Below, piece by piece: positions 57,290-64,000 of a stretch of DNA of 64,000 nucleotides. The notes under the pieces are model-generated. The model saw only the letters and a program-made list of their open reading frames with translations. It was not told where the DNA came from and made no database searches. This DNA is from Massalongia carnosa (Eukaryota), in the NCBI GenBank assembly GCA_965645245.1, contig OZ287084.1:1426001-1490000 (forward strand). The letters are read 5' to 3'. The position numbers and the translations under genes are program-made. Every line of letters starts with the position of its first letter. Positions within the stretch are counted from its first letter, which is position 1.

Positions 57290-57905
57290 AAAGGGAGATT
57301 AATCCGCCGATATGACTTCCAGCTTTTGAAAACCTATTGATCGGAGTCTTAATGGTATAAGATTTGAATTACCGCCTTCCGCGCCCCCGTGGTACGAGGC
57401 CAGTCCAGAATATCTCAAGGAGCTGAGTGAAGCGCGAACGGCCCAACGGGCACATCATACGCGGCTCATGGAGCATCATATGAAAATATGGAAGTCAACA
57501 TGGGCGACTTATCAAAATCGCATTCCACTCCCCACCGAGGCTCAACAAGCTTCGCTTGACAAAAAGAGATTAAAAATTCACAGCAATTTGGCAAAAGCGG
57601 AGAGTTCACTAGCAACGCAAATTCGCACGGAGAAAATCGGGCTGGCCAACTTTCTTTTCAACCAAAGGGTACCCAATGTAAACTCACCGGCGTGCATATG
57701 TGGATGGCCAAGGCAGACGGCCAAACACGTCATCATGCACTATCAGCTGATAGACGGAAGAAATGAATTATTTAATCAATTGAAAACTAACAATTATCGC
57801 ACGATAATTGAAAACTCCGCAAAATTGAAAAAGCTGACGGCATGGCTAATGCGGGCAGATATACTAAAACAGTTTTCATTTGCAGCGACCATGCTGTACG
57901 GATAA
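57290..57905 (+). mobile_element. 3' fragment of a Tad1-like LINE (ORF2 C-terminus)
   Basis: QIRTEKIGLANFL...CICGWPRQTAKHVIM resembles the fungal LINE C-terminal zinc-knuckle region. Boundaries are approximate. Confidence 0.7.
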
Positions 57906-58179
57906 TTCCCGTCGACACAGCATTTGAAATGTTTGACTTCTTCCCCTTTTCTTTCGTTCTTTTCTTTTTTCTTTCAAGGACCTCACAGATACACGTTATT
58001 AGGTACACTGAGGGGTCATGGGGATCCCGCAGGCGATAATACTGGTTACTAGGTTTTTATTCCTTAAAATGTTTTCCTATGTACAATAGTCATATAAAAC
58101 CACGCCCGCATGGGCCGGCCTTCGGCCGGTGACATATCGGTGTAAGAATTTATCATCATCATCATCATAAGATTTGAAT

Positions 58180-58631
58180 TCAGAAATCCTCCAGCTTGAG
58201 CACCTCATATGCAGGCTCCTCGTAGGGATGGGTGCTAAAATGCTTATCAGACCAGTCATGCAATGTGATCAATACGCACGCAACTCGATAGGACTCGAAA
58301 TTGCGGGACAACACAAAGCAGCAACACGACCTTACATCTTAAGCGCCTCCACCGCCCTCCTAGTAACATCTTCGCCAACGCACAGCGTTTCGACTTTAGC
58401 TTCCCGCACTTCCTCCAATGAACCCGCACTCCCGATATTCGGATTCGCTGTGTCTCCGGGACGAAACTGTCCGGTACCCATGGCGATCCAGCAGCATTCG
58501 GTGTAGTTTCCCGGACCGGGGTAGCGGCCTGCGCCAGCGGCAAAGATGGCGGCTTTGCAGGCCTCGAGAGCGGATGGAGGTACGGTGAAGACCAGCTTGA
58601 AGCGCGCTGCAGCAGAAGCATTGATAGCCAT
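58180..58631 (-). CDS. Small YqfO/NIF3 PII-like-domain protein, 2 exons (58631-58336, 58234-58180), 116 aa
   Basis: KLVFTVP..AIFAAGAG..GNYTECC..GTGQFRP..ANPNIG..HPYEEPAYEV signature after splicing a 101-bp GTAAG..TAG intron. Confidence 0.85.
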
Positions 58632-59608
58632 CTCTCAATAAGGCTTGTAATAATCACCGGAGCGTAATATTCAAAAGACAATTACGTCAAGACTTGAAAG
58701 ATCATTTGTTTGCATCAGCAGTGGTATGAGAACTCGATGGGCGGATGGATTTGTTGGAACATACGAAGTACACATTGTTTGTCGCCAATTGTGTCCTTGC
58801 CAGTTACAGTAAAGCGCGAGGGGTTAACGACACTTCCCTGCGTGAATGACGTGTGTGTGGACGAACGAAGGATTCCTGCATCTAACCATGTACTGTAACT
58901 TGTCGGCTCAAGCTGTATCTCCGAAAAGCTTGGAAGACGAGGCTCCGGAAAGGACTTTACCTCTTAGCAAGACGATTTCTTCTTACTTTGCCTGATATCC
59001 GGTCTTGGATAAACAAGACTCCAATTCAAGTGTTGAGTTGTCAATTTGTTTCCCCAACGATAAATCCTCAACAATCCCCGATAAATATGAAGTGTAAATA
59101 TACCGCGCAGTTACGTCCTACGCCGCTTTTGGCGCATTTAAACTTTAGTTCGTCGACAGTGGAGGACTAAAGGTAGCTTTGTGGCTTATCACAAATGTTG
59201 TCTTAGCTAGACTATGCTGCAAATCGAATCGCGCGGAAACTCCAATCTAAAACTCAACCGATAGTTAACCCCTAGCGAAGGTGGCGTTCCGGGTTGTATT
59301 TATGGTCGGGCTGTATTTGTCAATCCATTTCATCATTTCATCATTTCTTCATTTTACCCGACCCAACTCCTTGAGATCTATTGAAATCTGGCCTAAACAA
59401 GGCGTTGAATATCTGCAACTACACGTATTGTTATCAAGCGTAAGAGGCGTGGCAGTTGTGGGGTGAAGGAGCGGGATCTGATATCTCAATCTGTCTTGTA
59501 AGCATCTAGGTGAGGTAGATTTCACTTCGTCTCTTCCTTTTTCCCCACTGCTCGCTCTGACTGCTCTAAATTAATTACAAGGCCATTATAGAAATCCTTG
59601 CATTCAGG

Positions 59609-61480
59609 ATGTTTGAATATCCTTTGGAGCTGTATCAGTATGACGATCTGCCTACTCAGACCTCGTTCAGGGTTGTAGAGCTTCTGCGTGGGGAGGAAGG
59701 CAGCCCTATCTCTTGTTTGCTCCATGTTGCGGACTGGTCCAATCCACTGGAATACGAAGCCATATCCTATGCTTGGGGTGATCCAAGTGCTAAAGCCCCA
59801 GTTATTTGCCATGGGAAAAGACTGGAGGTGACCCAAAGTCTTCATTGTGGACTCACTCACTTCCGATTTCGAAATCGGTCAAGATTTCTGTGGGCTGATG
59901 CCCTCTGGTAAGTAGCCGATATGTGTTTCCAGCTCAGTGACTCCTCCCGGAGATCAAACCACTTCGTTCTCGTTTAGGGCTAACATATTCCTAGTATCAA
60001 TCAACCAAGCATTCCTGAACGTGGTCATCAAGTCAGTCAGATGCGGAAGATTTATCAAAACGCCAAAACCGTCCTCATTTGGGTTGGACCAGATACAAAG
60101 GCACAGCAGGCGAAGGGTGCGATCGACTCGATTCTAACACTCTCGGACTTCCTTTGTCATAAACTTGGCATTTCGGTTTCAGACCTAAGCTCAATAAGTA
60201 ATGTATACCAGGAGGTTGTGTTCGAGAAGCGCAACCAACTCCCATTGCCAAACGAATGCGAATTTAGTACCGACGACATGTGGAAATCTCTAATTTGGTT
60301 TTATTCTCATCCTTATTTCACTCGAGTGTAGGTTATACAAGAAGTAAGTGTCAATAAACAGCGATTTCTTCACTGTGGCCACGAAAAGATTGAATGGGAT
60401 CGGGTCGATTTGGTTGCTGGCTATATTATTATGGAGCCTGCATTCTCCAAAAGTTTCGGCTTCACGAGCACGTACTGCTGGTGGGTAACTACATTGTCAG
60501 AGCTTATCCGACAACCCAAGAATTGGCTTTTCATGATGTATCTTGCCTCCAACTACTCTTCCATGGATACAAGAGATGCCATATACGGTCTTCGAGGACT
60601 GATGGAGTTCTCCGATGGGGCCGGGCTACTGAGTCCTGATTACAGCAAGGCAATTGTTGATGTGTACCGGGACTCGGTCGAAGCGGCCTTGGTCAATTTC
60701 CAGAATACGAATGTTCTACTCTACATCACTGGCAATGAAAATCCTTCCTGGATTCCACATTGGAATCAACCAATGTTGTTCCGAAATCCGTTTCGGTTTG
60801 GTAAACCGCTCCCGTGGAAGCCGGTCGGAGACACGAAACCAATTTGGAATATCGATAAGAAATCAAATATTCTATCTTTATCTGGGTTTGTTGTTGGCCC
60901 CATTAAGTTTGCCGAATCCTACAACGAGAGAATATTTAGCAACGCATGGAGCAATTCGGATGAGGACAGAAATGCGTTGAAGCAAGTCTGGCAAAGAATT
61001 CTGAAGACTATCGAAAACAGTCAGTCACAGATACCCTTCAGCATCGGCATACTTACCGCAGCTGCAACATCCTTCTCCTTCGGATTAGACGAGAACACCA
61101 ACCCAGCAGATGAGCGCCATTTGCTCTACAGCTTTGTTGCATACCTGAAAGCTGCGCTCGATGAGGAAACCTATGACAAGTATATATCACCAGATTTGTC
61201 CGAGGAATCCAAACATGCTGACGGAGATGTATTTGGTAAACCCGTTTGGGACTTCAAGTATCCTGAATCTAGCTTCTTCATCACCAAAGACAAAGTGATT
61301 GGATGCGCGATAGCTACAACCAGACCGGGAGACCTAGTTTGCGTCGCCTTCGGAAGCACATATCCATTTATCCTGCGGCCCGATGGCGATCATTTCCTCA
61401 TTCGAGGCTACTCTTATGTTCATGGAATAATGCACGGAGAACAGCAAAGTTTTGAAACCCAAGTTTTCAAGATACGTTGA
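59609..61480 (+). pseudogene. HET-domain (HET-6-like) heterokaryon-incompatibility gene with one in-frame TAG (60329-60331); intron 59908-59994
   Basis: YEAISYAWG, LWADALCINQ (spliced), ERGHQVSQMRKIYQNA..VLIW, FTRV*VIQE, RDAIYGLRG, PSWIPHW, GYSYVHGIMHGE. About 594 aa if the stop is read through. Confidence 0.88.
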
Positions 61481-62317
61481 TGACGCGTTGTTGCATCGCC
61501 TCTGTCCTGTCTTTGAGTTCTGTCGACGTGTCAACCAAGTTATGACTGTTGATGACTTATTCATGTAGTTTGGATTTTTTGAATCAGATTATCATCTAAC
61601 TTATCATCACTTTTTTCATAAACTCGTGTGCTCTTTGGAAAATTTGAAAAGTCCCGCTCGTTGACTGATTGTGATGTTTTATCGTTTGTCACTGTTATCA
61701 TCGATCTTGAACGGATGACGATAGATGATCGAGAACATGAATATAGAAAGTTCATGCAATACTCTTTGATTACAGGAGGCTTAGTGGCAGACTGAAGGCT
61801 TTGAAAGGTGATTATATTTATGCTATCTAGAAGGAAGGAAGTTCGAAGGGGTCCTCCCCAGGACCTTATTGACCAGATTGTTTGCTATAGCAAACACCTC
61901 CTTAACCACCTTACCGCATTAGGATTCAGGGGGCCGGCTTATTGTAAGGCCGGCCTCCGATAAGGCTAGGTGGACCGTCGCTATTGTCAATCCAAAGATA
62001 CTAGTATAAGACCGTCGAACTAGCATGCGCAGTTAAGTGACTACCTTCATAGACACTTTCGTCCGGTGGCATGAAACTTATCATTATCACATCTGCTCAT
62101 TTGTCGCATCACTTATTGCTATAAACATTTCCTGTGAAACGCACTTTTGCTCAAACCTTTCGCTTTTACCTTCTTCCGTTCACATCTCTCTCGGATCATC
62201 TAGATTTCGGCCATTGCGGAGACATAGAACTTCAAACGAAACTCCAAAGAGTAAGTTACAGTATTTCTTCTCTTCAAATAACGAAGGTCGCGACTGTTCC
62301 CTGATAATGAATTCTAA

Positions 62318-63410
62318 TCCTCGAACTATCTTAACGCATCAGCGGTCGTCCTCTCATCCTCTCATTCTTATTCATCGCGGAAAGCCTCCTCAATTCAGGC
62401 TTGGATTGCTGACATTGTTGATCAGTCGCAGGCTCCAGAACTAGACATGGAGTTCACTGATGATGATAGAAGGCTACGGCAAGTACACTCGGTAAAGCGA
62501 CGCGTCTCTGACCTGTCCGAAAGCTATTAACAACTCCAAGTGATAACCGAGGATAGATCCCGGAGCTCAATGAGCGAGGTTCTCTCGCTTCCCACCGATT
62601 CCGTGAATACCAAGAACACAAGATCCTCCAACTTGATTAAGTCGATGGCGGGGTTCATAACGGCGGAGCCATCGATCAAGTACTTGGACTGGAATAACAC
62701 GCAAGTCTTCACTTCGCCAGCCACGAGTAGCCTCTATAGAACGTTGTTATCGTACAGTCTGGGATTCAACATCATATCGATTTCGCTCATGGTATGAGTT
62801 TGAAGTGCTCGCTACGAAAGAATATACCGCTGACGATGAATAGAAACGAGCGCATGCGGAATTCGGAGCCGTAGATTTTTTCAAAGACTCGGCGTCATTT
62901 AGTAATGACACAAGCCGAAATGTTAAACAACTCAAAAAGGAATGGAATCATTTCAAGGATATACAAGTAGCGTCGCTAAAATGCGACGAACAAAAGGATT
63001 CAGCAGCTGGATGGAACGACGAAGTTCTTAGTTCAATGTTACGGCTCGCATTCGCGGGTTCTCCTTACTGCATCTCCGCCGGATATAAGAACATGTAACT
63101 CCTCCCGTCCTTGTAAAGTATGATGCTCACTGTTATTTGCGTAGTACCGCCGCAAGAATACAGCCAGCTCATCTGTATCCCACCAACACGAGTGGAAAAT
63201 CCGTGCCAGGAAAGATGGCTGACTTTGCCATCTTTCTCGAGCCAGATCAGGCTCTGTCATAAAAAATCACCGAAATTCTCGAGCCCGACGCTCCCAAGGC
63301 TTATTTCCTCAACAATTCTTCTTTCGAGCCCATTCGATACAAACCCGTTGTCATCAACATCGAGACGAAGCTATGCGCCAACGAGGTACAGCCATTCCTC
63401 GTTCATTTAA
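62318..63410 (+). pseudogene. Fungal PD-(D/E)xK-nuclease-like gene, disrupted and 3'-truncated
   Basis: Splicing introns ~62791-62843 and 63095-63144 gives SIQAWI..CDEQ..GWNDEV..MLRLA..NITAARI..KMADFAI..PIRYKPVVINIETK. TAA stops at 62528 and 63260. Start uncertain. Confidence 0.7.
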
Positions 63411-64000
63411 TTGTCAATTGATGAACAGTTGATTTTATTCAGAGGGAGAAGTTGTCACACTATGCAAATTGCCACCAAAGCTGCTGGGGTAGGTTTTAAA
63501 ATCTACAGTCTATGTCAAGAAAATTATCTCTTTGATTTTCTTTTTACTTCAAAGGTAAGATGAAAGAAAAAAAGAAAAAACACTTTTCGTACTGACTTCG
63601 AAAGTAGGTGTCGAAAATTAGTGAACTGAAAAGCCCCCGTCAATTAAACTTTCCATCCACCAAGTGGAACTTAAAACCTTCATCCCTAGTTGTCATTCAA
63701 CTAAGCCAGAGTTTACCTTCCTACGAAACTTTGAAATACGTTATATTTCTAGATAACTTCTTCACCAGTACGAAGTTATTCAAAGCTTTATAAACCATGG
63801 GGATAGGTGCTTGTGGGACGGCTAAGGCCGGATGTGGATTTCCCATGGAACTTTTACGACTTCGTGCAGCTGCTACTAAGAATAAGGACTGGGGGAAAAA
63901 AGCTTTGATGACGGTCAAAGCTGATAAGAAATTAAACATTGAAGAAGGCGATGTGTTGTGTTTAGCTTGGGTGGATTTAAACACAGTACAATTTATGACT
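63411..64000 (+). pseudogene. Second, degenerate piggyBac-like transposase fragment with an intron (63555-63607), running off the window
   Basis: LSIDEQLILFRGRSCH..GFKIYSLCQENYL..|..LDNFFTSTKLFKAL*TMGIGACGTAK aligns to the 35361 transposase; TAA at 63791. Confidence 0.85.

Overview
Filamentous-ascomycete (fungal) genomic DNA, judged from GT-AG introns with CTRAC-like branch sites, a HET gene and fungal TE families. About 75-80% is nested transposable elements. These are three Ty3/gypsy elements (two self-priming chromoviruses, one with identical LTRs), one intact and one truncated Ty1/copia, two Tc1-like DD34E elements, pogo/Fot1 relics, two piggyBac-like transposases, a LINE 3' fragment, at least five solo LTRs with TSDs, and an apparently intact 6-kb AcademH-type DNA transposon (transposase plus convergent RecQ-like helicase). 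The non-TE genes are nearly all conflict-type: a disrupted Spok (spore-killer nuclease-Cys cluster-kinase) homologue, two HNH endonucleases, a PD-(D/E)xK nuclease pseudogene, and a HET-domain gene whose only visible lesion is a TAG at the conserved Trp. One small YqfO/NIF3-like gene is the exception. The most notable structural observations are the AcademH TIRs, each of which folds into a multi-hairpin cloverleaf, a 93-bp TG..CA palindrome with a 5-bp TSD, a piggyBac-like element without TTAA flanks, and a copia element with TG..CT termini. Family assignments come from motif recognition only; no database searches were run.
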